A DNA stretch of 46,029 nucleotides, the filler included, from Streblomastix strix (Eukaryota), in assembly GCA_008636045.1 (NCBI GenBank). It is 2 parts of 2 records of this genome, joined end to end, with 100 filler letters (N's around TTAATTAATTAA, not from the genome) between each part and the next. Parts side by side here need not be neighbours in the genome. Positions count along the whole stretch, not along the records: positions 1 to 22,979 come from SNRW01000303.1; 1 more part is not named here. One strand, given 5' to 3'. A program made the position numbers and the translations under genes. Within the stretch, counting starts at the first letter, position 1; each line of letters opens with the position of its first letter. The notes under the pieces were generated by a model. That model saw nothing but the letters and a program-made list of their open reading frames with translations, was not told where the DNA came from and did no database searches. This document shows, in pieces, positions 1 through 14,849 of this stretch.

Positions 1-363
1 AGGCGGAACCTGAATTGTCAGAAGTACTATAATCTACAATGACCCTAATTTATAGCAATATTAACTCCTTTCTGAATTCCTTCAATAAGCTAATTAAAGA
101 ATTTGCAAATTACATCTTGCAAAGGACGAGCAACATTTGGTAGTTTATCTTTTGACCAGAATAACATTTATCTCAATTCTTCAAATAACTTATTACTGGA
201 TTATTCTTCTCTATCTTTTAATGCTTTATTTTCAATTTGTGCATTTTTTTTCAGCAATAGAATTAAGAAATTGTATTTGCTTTTGGTGTATTGTATTATT
301 ATCTTCTTCTTCCTATTCAATAGTACCTTATGTAGCAGGAAGAAGTTGGTTGTTATTATTCAT
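1..363 (-). CDS. 5' end of a hypothetical host gene (partial, apparent +1 frameshift in an A8 run)
   Basis: Code-6 reading from ATG at 363: MNNNNQLLPATQGTIEQEEDNN. It continues as EKNAQIENKALKDREEQ...WSKDKLPNVARPLQDVICKF only if one A is removed from the homopolymer near 250. No recognisable family. Confidence 0.35.
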
Positions 364-1340
364 GATAAACTGGAATTAATAAAATTAAAAGAGGGGAAAA
401 TATTATAGAAAATTTTAAACAAAAAAAAAATTGGCAAGATTTTAAAAAAAAATTATTTTTTCAATTAGTAAAACCAGAGCGAAATAAATAATCAACATAT
501 TTTAAAATTTATATTAATTAAATAAATTTTTCAAAAAAATGCGAATTTGTTGAAATTTTTTGTCGGTTAATTTTGTAATGAACAGAGAATAAATTAGCTG
601 TGAAATTATTTAATCAATGTAAATTAAATAGTAATATTAAAATTAATATTAATGAATATTTAAGGTAATTTTACAAAGAACAAGAAAAACCGTCGAATTT
701 ATTTGTATATTTTCATTTAGCAATTTTAACGTAAAAAATGCGATAAAATATGATTATTAGGGTGGCAAATTATAAGATTTTTGTAGCAATGATTAAATTT
801 GTATGATTATAAAGATATACAAATTGAACGGTATGAGTTGAGGAAAATTCTAAATTTTAATCGTTTCGTCTTGAAGATGCAGTAATTGATTAGCTAAAAT
901 AATAATTATTTTAATTTCAAATAATTTTATTTATTTTTATAGTTGTAAATTAGCAGAAACGAATATTGAACGAGACGCTTTCGATTTTATGGCTATTTAT
1001 ATTCAATTAATACATAAAATTAAAGATTTTTTCAAAATTAAAACATTGAAATCTAGTGGGTTTTCCCTTGTTTTATTTCATTTTTTTTTTTCATTCTAAT
1101 CGTTTTAGCCATTCGCAAATGACATTTTTCTATATTTTTCTTTCGTAAATTTTCATATTTTTGATATATATTGATAATAGCTTTAATATTTTTAATAATA
1201 ATAAATTCATTATCGTTATTTTATTTATAAATATTTTTCCTAAACAAAATAAAGAATTACACTAGAATTAGAAATTATTAATTTAATTTTATCATCTATA
1301 TTGAATTTAACATCTATCATATTTTAATTAATACCAGTAG

Positions 1341-2621
<1,281 letters not shown>

Positions 2622-3093
2622 AAATATACAATAGAATGAAACATTGATATTAATTTTTTAATTCACTGTTTATTTTAAATATTTAATGTTTAGTTGCATG
2701 AGTAAATTGTATTTTTATCATAGTATCATTTTATATTAATATCATTTTAATTTTAATTTATTGAATATTCAATTCACCAATAAATTGATTGAAAAAATTG
2801 TTATCATTATTATATTCATTTATTGTGCATTAGTTCCAATATGAAGTTTGATTAATGGAAGAATTAATTGATGAAGTCTGTAGATAAAATGAGAAGCAGC
2901 TACAGGAGCTAAATTGACTTTAAAACATTAATAATTTTGCAATTTAAATTAATAAAAGAAAATTTGTAGTTTAATGATAAAATATTTTTAAAATCTGGCA
3001 TTTTTAAACAAAAACGCTAATTTATTCCAGTAAATGGACAACAAACACGATTTATTTATATAAACCGTTAAAATTAATAATAATATAACTAAC

Positions 3094-4300
3094 TCATGCA
3101 AAAGGATTAAATATCTTCTTCCCTCCAACAAACTCATATCCATTTGTATCTTCATTCCTACTTCTATTTCCACCTCTTCCTCTTCTTCCTCTACTTCTTC
3201 CTCTTCCTCTAAATTAACCTCTTCCTCTTTATCCTCCAATATTACCTCTTCCTCTAAATGACCTTCTTCCTCTAAATTAACCTCTGCCAAATCTATTATT
3301 ATATTAGACAGATTCACTCTCATTTATATGACAGATATTATGGATCTCTTCACTGCAATCTAAGCATCCCGTTATTTATGTTCCATCTTCTGAGATTGTA
3401 GTTGATGGGATTGTTTCTTATTCTTATTATTATTATTCTGTTTAAGTGTTTGGATTTGGATGCAATGGTATTTCTTTCTTCTTTTGTGGCTGTTCGAATT
3501 TCTTACCAAGTTATATAACAATTTACTTCATTTATTCGCATACGTTGCATATTCCATTCCGCTTAACTTGAACACTTGCAACTAATTCTTTGTTGAATGT
3601 TACTTATAGTTAACATTCAGTGCAGTTCATTTTCGATTTTGGTTGAGAAGTACTGTCTAATACAAGAACTCCATTGCATTCACCTTCACAAAAGCAAGGT
3701 TCAATCTAATAAAAAAATAAAACAAAATTAAATTAATTTATATTAGATAATTAAATTAAATAAATTATAATTAAATAAGTTTATAATAAAAGTATTCAAA
3801 TTGATTTATAAAAATTAATTAATATATCAAAAATGAATTAACTATATTCATCTCTCTTCCATATTAGCGTTATTAATTAGGACATCTCCGACATCACATT
3901 CCTCTTTCTCCAAATGATCCCTTTGGATATAATTTTAGATTTTCAAAAGGGAAATTGTAGCAATATGGACATATGGAGAAAGTTTTAGTAATTTAAATCT
4001 GATTTAAATTTGATCCTGATTCTGAATATTGTTATTATGAAGGTATTAATTATCTGTAATTGAATTTAACTATTTTGAATCTGTCAAAAGGACATATTAG
4101 TAGTATATAAAAAAAAGAAGTTTGCCTTAAGTTCAAAAGTATTCATTTTCAAATCAATCTGCACGTGCAAGTACACAAAATATACAATTTGTTTGTTAAT
4201 TCTTATAATATCATTGTTACGTTGATATTATTTTTATCGTAATTTTAGTTCTTGCAATTTAAAATACTCCTACATTTAATTGTCCATATTAATTGCCTGA
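3094..4300 (-). pseudogene. TOP3B: DNA topoisomerase III beta, C-terminal zinc-ribbon/RGG region only (5'-truncated, degraded)
   Basis: Translates to MDNQMQEYF...ICPFDRF...SICPYCYNFPF...GM*CRRCP [intron 3706-3842] CFCEGECNGVLVLDSTSQPKSKMNCTEC...CNVC...TGCLDC...RGRGRG..NPFA*. This is colinear with the TOP3B C-terminus (CPLD, LCPYCYN, GVLVLDPTSGPKWK, GCVFC, RGG tail). In-frame TGA at 3894-3896 and frameshifts at ~4100-4200. Confidence 0.8.
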
Positions 4301-7300
4301 GTGTTAGATTTAACAACATGGTAATGAACTTATATAACTTCGTTCAATTGCTCCATCTCTTTATTACGAGACTGCCACATTAGGCTGTAAGGTCTGGATG
4401 CACCCACGAGTTGTCCATCCCTATGAGTCGGCCATCTAAAAACAAAGAAAACAGGAATGGATGTAAACCAGGACCATTCCAAAATTGTCTGTTAGTTAAA
4501 TGGGCTAGGCACGCTAAAGATTCATACATTGGGCGCCAATTCGAGCCTCGCAGTCGACTTGTCCAACGCACAACTGGATTTAAACGTTTTTCAGTCCGAT
4601 CGACATTTAGCGCCCACTGTAGCCACTAACGCACTCATACAGCGCACCACACTACTACCGCTCGTTTAGGGATACCTAATGCAAATACTGAAATGTATCA
4701 TTGGAGCGTTGCTGCAAGAAACTGACTTCTAAGCAACATATATGCGAAATACGCAGGTTTTGGAGGTAATACAACGCGCAGCACGGGCACCACAGCTTAC
4801 GCAACACACGGAGATACCAGCATCAGAGTGACAACTTCTGCCGCTACTTTAGACGATAGAAACGCTCGCATCAGGTTTTTAATTGCAAGCGCTGGAATTT
4901 TGGGAGCTTGATAAACTTCCCATATAACATATTTTGGATAACAATCTGATAGAAGCATTGATTGATACAGTCTCCGAACTAGCCAAGTCCATCAGATAGG
5001 ATGAACGTGTAAATATGGTTAGAATTAGTTTATTTCTGAGAACAATACCAATTAGATTTATGGAAAAAATAACTTCGTGATGAGCCACGATAATCTATCG
5101 ACAACGTAAAGATAAATTTGGAAACCAATAATTAACCTCGGTATAAAGAGTCTCGAGTGTACAAGGCAACGTGATGGAGGCAAACATATTTTTAACCTTT
5201 TATCCCATGTATAAACACGGAATTTTGACATAAGTATAGATCAATAATAATTAACTTCAAGCAATCAATACAAAATCAAAATAGCAAATTCAACAGTCAT
5301 AAATTTCATAGGCACCGTCGCAGAGACCATTTTAAGCGTAATTCCAGGAAAATTTACTATTTATTACAGCAACCATTATCCCTGAATAGAGGTTTATTCA
5401 ATACTGCTACACAAATGTAGCAAAATCAACAAAATTCCATACCTCCGAACACTTATTTAATCCGACAACAATAAATCGCTTTAATTCTCAATGAAATATA
5501 AAATCCTCAATAATTTGGATCAGATTTGGAAAACATCCAAACTCAGAAGCTTGACACTTTGGAAAGAAATTTTCATAGTGTAATGGAGATTGACATGAAA
5601 TCAGACGGACGAGATATAAATCTTCCACCGCTCGATGCAAAAATCATTTGGGCCTCTTTTAATAGACAATGAAACTACTGGCCAATGAAATCATACCTTC
5701 TGAAGTATACTGGTAAGTCAGGCGTTGGTCAGCATCATCCTGGATATAGAAAATGACAAATTGATGTACAAGAAGTAATATTTAGACACACTGGAGGCGA
5801 AACCATCTCAATTGCAGATTGGAAAAAGTTTTAGAAAGAGCTTGACACTGAAATTATACTTGATTCAGTAAGATTATAATCTAAAGTATGAGACTCACAT
5901 AAACAAGGCAACGAAAAGAATAAAGGAACTACCTTTTGGAATAATCTTAGATAGAGATACAAATATGATGATAGATCAAATTCAGGAGGAAATAACTAGA
6001 ATTTTTAACCTAGATATAATACTAGAGACGATTTCAGATCATAAGGTCTAGGATAAAGAGGAGGTAGAGGAGATTTCAGAGGAAAAAGATTCAGTGGAAA
6101 CAGAGGCGTTCATAATAGAGAGAGTCGAGAAGTAAACACATATTATAATGATAATAACTAAAGTTTGTTTATTGTTGTTCCATGGCTTCCAACTTAACGA
6201 GTTTTGGCAACATCATCGATTACAGTTTTCTCAGACATTTCTCAAAGAAAAATTGGTGGTCCAACTCCTCAAATAGAGAGAACTCCCGACACATGAAAAT
6301 CAAATAGAACCCCAACTCCAAAATAATATTCAAAACAACCAACTCCTACCCGAAATACAACATGTTAACTGTAACCTACAAATTAATAATAACAGTAATA
6401 AATAACAGTACGTCTTTAACCATAAGTTTATTAACTATCTATCTAGCCCTCAATATCAACTTCTTAATCCTCTGAAACCACAAGTTCTAATATAATACCT
6501 ATTCCAAAACCAAGCGTGCATTAAGTATAATAAGAATAATGTAATCTTCTTCTTCCTTCTGTTGCTGTTTTTCCCCCTCCAATTAATCCTACAAATATCG
6601 AATTACCTTCAGAAGTTAACACACAACCTAATGACATGATTCATCCTTTAAATAACATTTTGGCTACTCATTAATATGCATAGAACCAATAACAGTTTGT
6701 AATTCATCAATAATAATTTTTCATATTGTAGAATTAATAGTTTATCAACTAATCATACAGACTTCCAGATACTTCTAACTACTGGTCTAACATAACTACA
6801 TAACCAATAAGTATGAATCTTAGAGTAAAATAAGAGGTGTAATGACTTCACTATTAGATGCAATTACAGCATAGTAGGGCTAGATAAGAATTTTAGATTA
6901 ATATATAACATAAAATTCGTAATAAAGCGCAAAAATACTTAATGGATGGAATACTGATGAATTTGGGAACTAGAAATTAAAGCTTTAATAATCCCTCATA
7001 CCATTTTCTTGGAAACTTTTAACCTAGTTTCAATCCAAAAAAGTGTATTGATGATTTCAGCTAGATTTATTCTTTAGACCAATAAGAATACTCCAATGAT
7101 TTTGATTACAATCGAAAACAAAGAGACGAGAATTATAACAGCAATGATGATGTATTTGGAAGAGCTGATCTGATATAATTATAAGTAAGAGATCACTGAG
7201 GAAACTGAATGATAGATCGAGGTTGAAGTAAAGGATATTCTCAAACAAAATCCTTTTTAACTAGTCATCAATTTTTTTTAGAAAAGGACGTCGTCTAAGT

Positions 7301-8129
7301 TTAAAGTCCCAGAATAGAAGCGCTAGAAGACTGGAGCAGTCAATGAGACCATAAATTCAAACGCATAATCTTCAAGAATAAAGCAGATCGCAGGCAGGAG
7401 TGATATTAATTTTGGGTCAAATATGGATATTGATATGGAACAGATGATGGAAAGGGATCTTATTCACAAATAACGTATAACCAATGATGGCCCTATCGTT
7501 TCAAAAGCTCAAACTTAGTTTGTAACAGCATTATGACATGTATGGGGAGAAACTGTAATTGTTTTTGCTGCATAAAGCGCAAATATTTAGCATTTGAATG
7601 ATGTAAATGAGACGAATATACCTCAACGTGGTCATCTTGCAGCATAAAGTGCACATGGCCTTGGTTTTCATCCCTTGATTGGTCAAGAATAAGAGCGATA
7701 TGAAGATGAACCTGAACAAGACCAGAGTCAACAAAACTTAAGCAATCTTCCAGATAATCTTGAAAAAGAAGGCCAACCGGTACAGACATAAGAAACCGGA
7801 AGAAGTGAAGCGAATAAAGGCAGCATATAACCACGCTCCAAATCTTTCCGTAAGAAGAAGAAGAACCGCTGACAGCGCCAACTTCGCCTCCAGACGGCAC
7901 ATGCTGATGTAGGTCTGAATGCATTAACTGGTGGAGAAACTACAAAAGAATCCTCCTTAGAGAAGCTAAACCCCAGTTTAACCACAATAATTGCGTGGGA
8001 AACTCTTGTGATACATCACAGCTAGAGAACCAATAAACTAAAATGATTTCATATAGAATGGATTCTACCTAATCTTTTAGGACAATAACAGTCAAGTGAG
8101 ACTTCAATAAAAAATCGCACAATATCCCT

Positions 8130-9860
8130 TCCAAGGGAATTAAACAGAAATGTTAGTATATAAAGCGATATTATAAGAAGAATTTTAGGAAGGAATATTA
8201 AATGAGAATCCGAAAGAATAAGTTAAATGTTGGAAACCAACCTTTTTTGTTCCTAAACCTTCAGGAGAATGGAAAAGGATACTAGATGTAAGTCTTCAGA
8301 ACGAAAAAATACATCCGTTACATTTTCAAATTAATTCAGTCGAGCAAATTCGAAACCTTCTCATTCCTAACGATTGTGCAGTAACTTTCAATCATAAATT
8401 GGCTTTTCTCCACTAAATCGTATACTCTCCATATAAAACATATCAAACTTTCACAGACGACAATCAGCACTATCAATATAAGGTAACCTCGTTTGGATGC
8501 AAACATTCACCAACATATTTTTTACTCATGCACTCACATTTTTTATGACAGAGATTCTTAAGAGAACAGACATCTGAATAATCAATTACTCCGTCGATCT
8601 TCTTCTCACCCATCAAAATAAAAATTGGCTTTTTTCCATAATTAACGTATAATCAATACTATGGAGCAGTTTGGTTGGACAATAGCTCTGAATAAGTGCC
8701 AAATAACTCCGAAATAAGAGATAAACTTCCGCGAATGGACATATATTATGACAGTAATGAATATATTTATGACTAAAGATAGAAGACATCAGTTTATTGA
8801 ATAGATCAAACAGTTTATTAAAAACATATAAAGAAATAAAATAATAAAAAATTAAAGAAACTGCATTTTAATTAGGAAAAATGAATTTCTTGAGAACTCA
8901 ATTCAAAAAAGCACCACTTTATCTAATGCCGATAGATTCAGCGAAAACTAGAGCAGTCAAAACGTAAGGCTGGACTGGAACAATGCTCCCACCGCTGAAA
9001 GCTCTGAAGAAACTTTACAGGTTGATTAAGAAAATAGTTGAAAATAAGAAATAATACATTTAAGATCCAATTCCGCAAGCAGCAGTAGTATCAGATGCCT
9101 CACCCAAAGGGTGGGGGAGCAACATTAGAACTAGATTCTGGAGAGGTTCTAGTAGCACACGGAGCATGGTTAGGCTACCAAATACATTAAGCAAGTAATA
9201 TGAAAGAACCGTGGGCCATTCACTTAGGAATAATTGCTTTTACAAATGTTTGCTAAAAGCAGCAGATAACTAATTTCCAAATTAGATCAGATAACTCTAC
9301 AGCAGTATTCGATTTAAGAATATTGGGAGCAACAGACACATTGGCACCAGCAGTGAAGGAGATTTACTTCACTTACCAACATCTGAATATAAAATAATAA
9401 AATAAAAAATCCTGGGAAAGATAAACATAATAACAGAAGCTCACAGTAGATTATATAGATCAAGAGACTATCATTTTCATTCATTCTATCTAAATCAAAT
9501 AAGAATGATATGGAATATATAATCAACTCTCGATTTATTCGTATTATCAACAACAAAACAATTGCCTCAATATGTGACAGCGTACATAACGGATTAATAA
9601 GTCCAATAGATGGAAGTATTCCCATGCACATGGACGAACTAAATTCTATTGGTACATTTTCCGTTTCCAATTTTTTCAAGAGTGAATTCATATTTTAACA
9701 TCGTGATGACTTTAGTAATAGTAATCGCACCATTTTGGCCAAGCCAACTATGGCCTACAAGCATAATGAATCAATCAAGCAAGTATTTTATCTTTGGACA
9801 ATCAAGCTAATGCTTAATCAAATGACTAAGCATGGAAAACCTAAAAGTTTTTACCACCTA
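8130..9860 (+). pseudogene. DIRS pol: reverse transcriptase + RNase H + N6-adenine methyltransferase-like domain
   Basis: RT: KPTFFVPKPSGEWKRILDVS, YQYKVTSFGCKHSP, and IINYSVDLL (YxDD decayed). RNase H: VVSDASPKGWG, IRSDNSTAVFD. MT: TLDLFVLSTTKQLPQYV...W..ILLVHFPFP...VIAPFWPSQLW. Confidence 0.85.
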
Positions 9861-9879
9861 GAAAAATTGCAGCATTTCT

Positions 9880-10902
9880 CATGGACCAAAAAGGGAGAAT
9901 GATAGAATCTTTTTAACTTAGATTTTAGACAAGATAGAACTTTCTAGAGTAACTTAGCATCTACTCATCAGTGGATATAAATCTGAAATTTAGAGTCGTT
10001 ACCTTTGTATAATACGAACATTAGCAGAACTCTCTTATAAAAATGTTCTTCATATTGATCAATTACTCTCAACAACCCCGGGCTTTTTAACTTCTTGCAA
10101 TCATAATTTGGTTTATAAGATGGAATCCAAGTGTTTCATCAGCAAACACCCTCCAATTTTGCTTAAATTCAATGCGATCTTTAAGTTTTGACATACAAAA
10201 AATAAAATGTATACTGTTAATATTAACATATAGATCCGTTTCAAACTGTAAGATTTTATATAAGAGATACTACAATATGTGGGACATAAGATAATTATTT
10301 AATTATTGGTGTTCGTGACCTGATGACAAAGATTTATCAGATCCAGTGAAACAAATGAAACTTGCATCGTTATTACTCTTCATATGTTTCATCATAATAA
10401 ACGAGGCTGCCGAAACAAACTTAGCCATTTCGAACATAGATTGTAGAAACTAAACTGCTTTCTTATGCGTATATCTGAAATCCATAAAATCGATTGAACA
10501 ATATAAGATAAGAAGAACAGGAGATCCAAAAGACATCCCTAATTCAACATTGATTAATTAGCTTAATCGTACAAATTTGCATTATGGGAAGGATGTTGAA
10601 CACTTTTCGAACTTTTATGGCAATCTAATGGGTACCCTGCTGATAACTGACAAATTAGACATTGGTTGAACTCCTTTATACGCGAAATCGGTATCCGGGT
10701 GGCAATTGCATATTTATTTAAATATGTAACATCAATAGAATTAATAAATCAAGGTTTAAAAACAGCAAAATTGAACATTTTAACTTACCACAGTGTATAC
10801 TCAAGAGCTGCAAGCCACAACAATATATATGAAGCTAATGCAGGGATTAATGACATCAATTCTTTGTTAATGAGAAGTCATAGTCAAAGCTATGCTACTT
10901 AA
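9880..10902 (+). pseudogene. DIRS tyrosine recombinase (degenerate)
   Basis: KLASLLLFICF..INEAA in the region of catalytic box I. The C-terminal AYLFKYVTSIELINQG...LNILTYHSVYSRAA..NIY corresponds to the decayed HxxR...H...Y region. Lies after the MT domain, as in DIRS1. Confidence 0.7.
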
Positions 10903-11759
10903 ATTATCTCTAAATAAAAAAAAATGGTGGAGCAATTGAACGTAGAAACATAAGTGCATTTCCTGATTGTTATTTAAAACATTCTGGTAATAATACGTTA
11001 TCACGAAGTTCAATTGCTCAACCTCTTGGCCTCACATTCTATGGGACCCTATCCGTCGGTCGAGTAATTGAATCAACTGACAACATATGAGCTAGAAGCG
11101 ATATGATATACATTGATCAATATGATAATGATGATATGCTTAGACAACAAGACTAATGGAGCAGTTGGAATGCTAACGAATTGGAACACCGAAAAAGTTT
11201 TTATAAAGGTCAATAACAACAATGATAAGAAATAAAACAATTAACAATAATTAAACTGAAATATTTTAATATGTAATATGTTTTATTAGGTTTTTTGTTC
11301 GAATTTAATATTTTTTTTTCATTCTAACATCAACGAAAATGCTATGGTGAATGAGTATTCCTTTTTATGTTTTCATCACATATCAATTTTTTTTCTTTAA
11401 TTGTCAAAATCTCTATGCTGTTTTCCCGTAAAAGGGAGTTTCAGATTTATCATAAATTAAGATTTCAAGCTTTATTTAAAATTTTAATAATCGCCGACCC
11501 ATTTGAATGTACAGCTCGTGGGAGCATCCAATGCCAACGGCAGAGTATGTCTGTCCTGTAATAAAGGGGTTAAACTATTGAAATCCGTAAGAACGTACTA
11601 TCATCTACATTGGACTGCATAGGGCGGAGCAACAGATGTTTCATTCATAATAGGAATCGACGATAATGGTTTTAATCCTAAATTTACTAGAATAAAAATT
11701 ATTAACACTTAACGATTGCAACATATAATATCAATTCATACTTAGATTATATAATAAAT

Positions 11760-12350
11760 TAATATGGCAACATTTACATTAATTCTAATTCCCTTATATC
11801 TAGCAAGTAATGGATGTAATGAGATAATCATTAACTCTCTTGATAAATTAAACAATTAACGGCTCCTTATCCTTAAGATTATTTGGAAAGCAGCTATTAA
11901 ATAAGCATGTTAATAAAAAATTGAAGTTAATTAAATTTATTTTTTTAGTTTCACTGCTATTTAGATGATTTTTTAATTCGCTGATGTTTAATAGCTCCAC
12001 CAGCAAGCTCTCCAATAACATTAATATTTGGTACTTATTTCATTGAACTCTCATCAAATATAATTCAAACAAACGCATAACACAAGTAATACGTCATTGG
12101 AATAGTAGATATATTAGTAACATCAGGATATGATCTAGTTCCAATGAATTATTTGAAACCATTTTAGTTCTATGAAGGATATAGCATATGTATTAATAAT
12201 TTCTTTTGTCAAATTTCCTTTCAAAATCACCTACATATTAGTTTTAGAACTTAGCTTTGAGGAGTTATAACCTCTCATAAATGAATTGTCAATAGATGAC
12301 TACTATGCAAAAATATTTTTGTTAGGATAAAGTGTTCTAATAGCTATACT
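11760..12350. mobile_element. Relic of a Polinton-like virus: capsid 3' end (- strand) converging on a PolB-tail-like fragment (+ strand)
   Basis: Minus 12350-11980 gives LYPNKNIFAQQSSIDNSFMRGYNSSKLSSKTNMQ...GTRSYPD...VIGELAGGAI, matching YYPNKYMLAWKLSTDDSFMRGYNST..ARTNIQ...GTRSYPM...VIGEIGGSTI at 42525-42894. Plus ~11870-11925 gives KIIWKAAIKQAC, matching KTIWEAAIKYAC at the end of the PolB frame. Confidence 0.75.
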
Positions 12351-12899
12351 TCCACTATACAATGTTGGTAAAATGAATATGGGGTCGGATTTGCCCAATT
12401 CAAGGTATGTAACTGAATAAGTTAAAAATAAATTTATACATATATTCCTAAATAAATGAAATATTTATTCAATAAAATAAAAAAAATGCAGCATTCAAGG
12501 AGAATTATTTATATTTATTTTTAATAAATTTTAAGTGTAAAAATATGTGTAATTGATTTATTATATAAAATTTTGAATAAAAATAATATTATTAATACAA
12601 ATTATTTTTATTATGATTATTAGCTAATTCAAAATTCCTTCAGTTGTGGAAATAAAAAAAATTAATTTTAAAAAATTTATTAAACTAAATACAAAATCAC
12701 AAAACATTAGTGATTATCAACTATTTATCCTTTAGATAGCTCTTGAATAAAGTCAAATTTGTCTTAATTTATTGTTCTATCAATCAATATTTCTTGCAGA
12801 ATCTGACAATTAGCTGGAAATAAGAGCTTTTCTTTTCTTTCTTACTTTTTTATTTTAAGTTCCTTCCTAATTTTTTTCTTTAATATTGTTATTATCAGT

Positions 12900-14500
12900 T
12901 GAATGACTAGATTAATTATTTTATATATTCATTTCTTTGTTTTATATTAAAGCAGATGAATATTCATCTAATTATGAAGATTATTACTCAGGATTATGAT
13001 GAGAACTCTAAGAAGATGATTAATTTATCTGTAGAAGTTCATTAGTTGCAAAAATAGAAGTATGTTAATATGCAGATAACTAAGAATGATATTAATCAAT
13101 ATGATGAGTTGCTGATGACGAATTCGATTTTTCAGGAGATTTGGTTTAATCTATTTTATTCAGTTGCTTCATTTCTTTATCCTTTTCTTTGAATTCTGCA
13201 ATATTTTTTTCTTCTCGTTTTCAACTGAATTCTTCTTATTCTTTGATCTGATAACAACAAATATAATTATTAAGATTACAGCAACATTCATAGCTACTCA
13301 AATAACAACAAATATAATCCAAATTATATTTTAAGAAGTAGATTTCTCGTTTTTTCATCAACTTATTCTTCTTCTTCTTTTATTGATCAATCTTTTTCTT
13401 TATCAATTGGATCTGTTTTCTTACAAACAGTTTCAGATCTTGGATCACCAATTGATAAATATGGGCATGTTGCTTAAGTTCGATTTGCTAAATCAAATGC
13501 GTACTTTTTATCTTTGTCACAAGTTGCAGAAGGATAATTTGATGATCCAGAATCGCACATACAATCGGAAATTAAAGATACTTTAATACAATTTGATGGA
13601 CATTCACCTTTTCCTGCTCTTGGATCTCCTGTTGATAAGTAAGGACAATTTGTATGATTCTGAATTATCAAAATAAAAAGTTTATGATTAATTCATCTAA
13701 CATACTGCTATTGGATAAGATGTTGAATTTAGATCAGATACGCAGTCAGATATAAGAGATCTTATTATACAATATATAACATATGACCCATAAATAATTA
13801 TTGTATTATCAATTGGTAAACATGGACAAACTGAAGTCGATTAATGAATAGAATCAAAATTGCATAACAAATTTCTTTCATATATTGAATGTTGATAAGA
13901 AGTAAAATTTGGGTCACAGAAGCAATCAGAAGTCATTTCAAATTTTGATTAACAATATTCTTTAGGAAGATTATCAAAACCTTGAATTAATGGAGTTTAA
14001 AATCTAACATTATCAATATTTGTAGATATAATCCATTTGAATAATGAAGTTATTTGTGATTGAGTATTAGATTAAGTCCTACCAGTAGGCTATGATTTAA
14101 ACATCTTAGAATGCACAATATCAAATAATAATCCCATCAAAATTGTTTGATTAAATCATTAATCTACCATCGTACTCTATACATGAACCGAATAAACATG
14201 ACATAAGAGTTAGAGATTTATAATTAGTGTCTGTATCAGAAGTTTCAACTAGAGAAATTGTAGTTCGTATAAATATTTCTTCACCTATTAAAACAGTCAA
14301 TGAAAAATAATACATTCTATATAAATATATAGTAATTATTGCATCAATGCAAACCTTGATGATAACTGGTTATGTTTGAGGTTTGCTGAAGTTTATAACT
14401 TTATCATGTCCATTATTCGTTAATGAAATGATATGACCATCATATGATAGTGATAAATAAATAATAGTTGTAAATTGCTATAAAAATAATGATTATAACC
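12900..14500 (-). pseudogene. Degraded Cys-rich repeat single-pass membrane protein
   Basis: Repeats CPYLSTGDPRAGKGECPSNCIK...CMCDSGSSNYPSATCDKDK...TCPYLSIVDPRS, then a hydrophobic segment (IIWIIFVVI*VAMNVAVILIIIFVVI) and a basic/Ser-rich tail. Internal TGA and frameshifts. Confidence 0.55.
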
Positions 14501-14849
14501 TAGAATGCTGGATTCAATTGATATGAGAGTAAAAAATGTTCAATCAAGAGATAAAATAATATAAAATTATTATTGAAATGGCAAGAATAAAATTCAATAG
14601 CATAAATACACCAACTTATTATGCTAAATTATTTTCAAAAGCTCAAATAATAAATAAATTATTCAGTTTTCTCTCATTTATGAGATATTGAGTATTATTT
14701 TTTTGTCTAATGCTTCTCTCATCTCAATATTTGCCATATTCCGCCACTCTTAATGAAGGTTATACTCGAGTAGCTGCTTAAATAAGAGTGACTAAGCGCT
14801 TAATTTATATAATGTATTGAATATAATATATTAAATATGGAAATAAATA

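Larger units (their letters stand above)
4295..11200 (+). mobile_element. Degenerate DIRS-like (tyrosine recombinase) retrotransposon, copy 1
   Basis: Order is long 5' ORF region, RT, RNase H, Dam-like methyltransferase, tyrosine recombinase. GC content is higher than the flanks, with many TGAs and frameshifts. Boundaries are approximate. Confidence 0.85.

Noticed and set aside
2988..3323. Glu-rich 111-aa ORF
   Set aside because: Shifted frame of the RGG tail of the TOP3B fragment.
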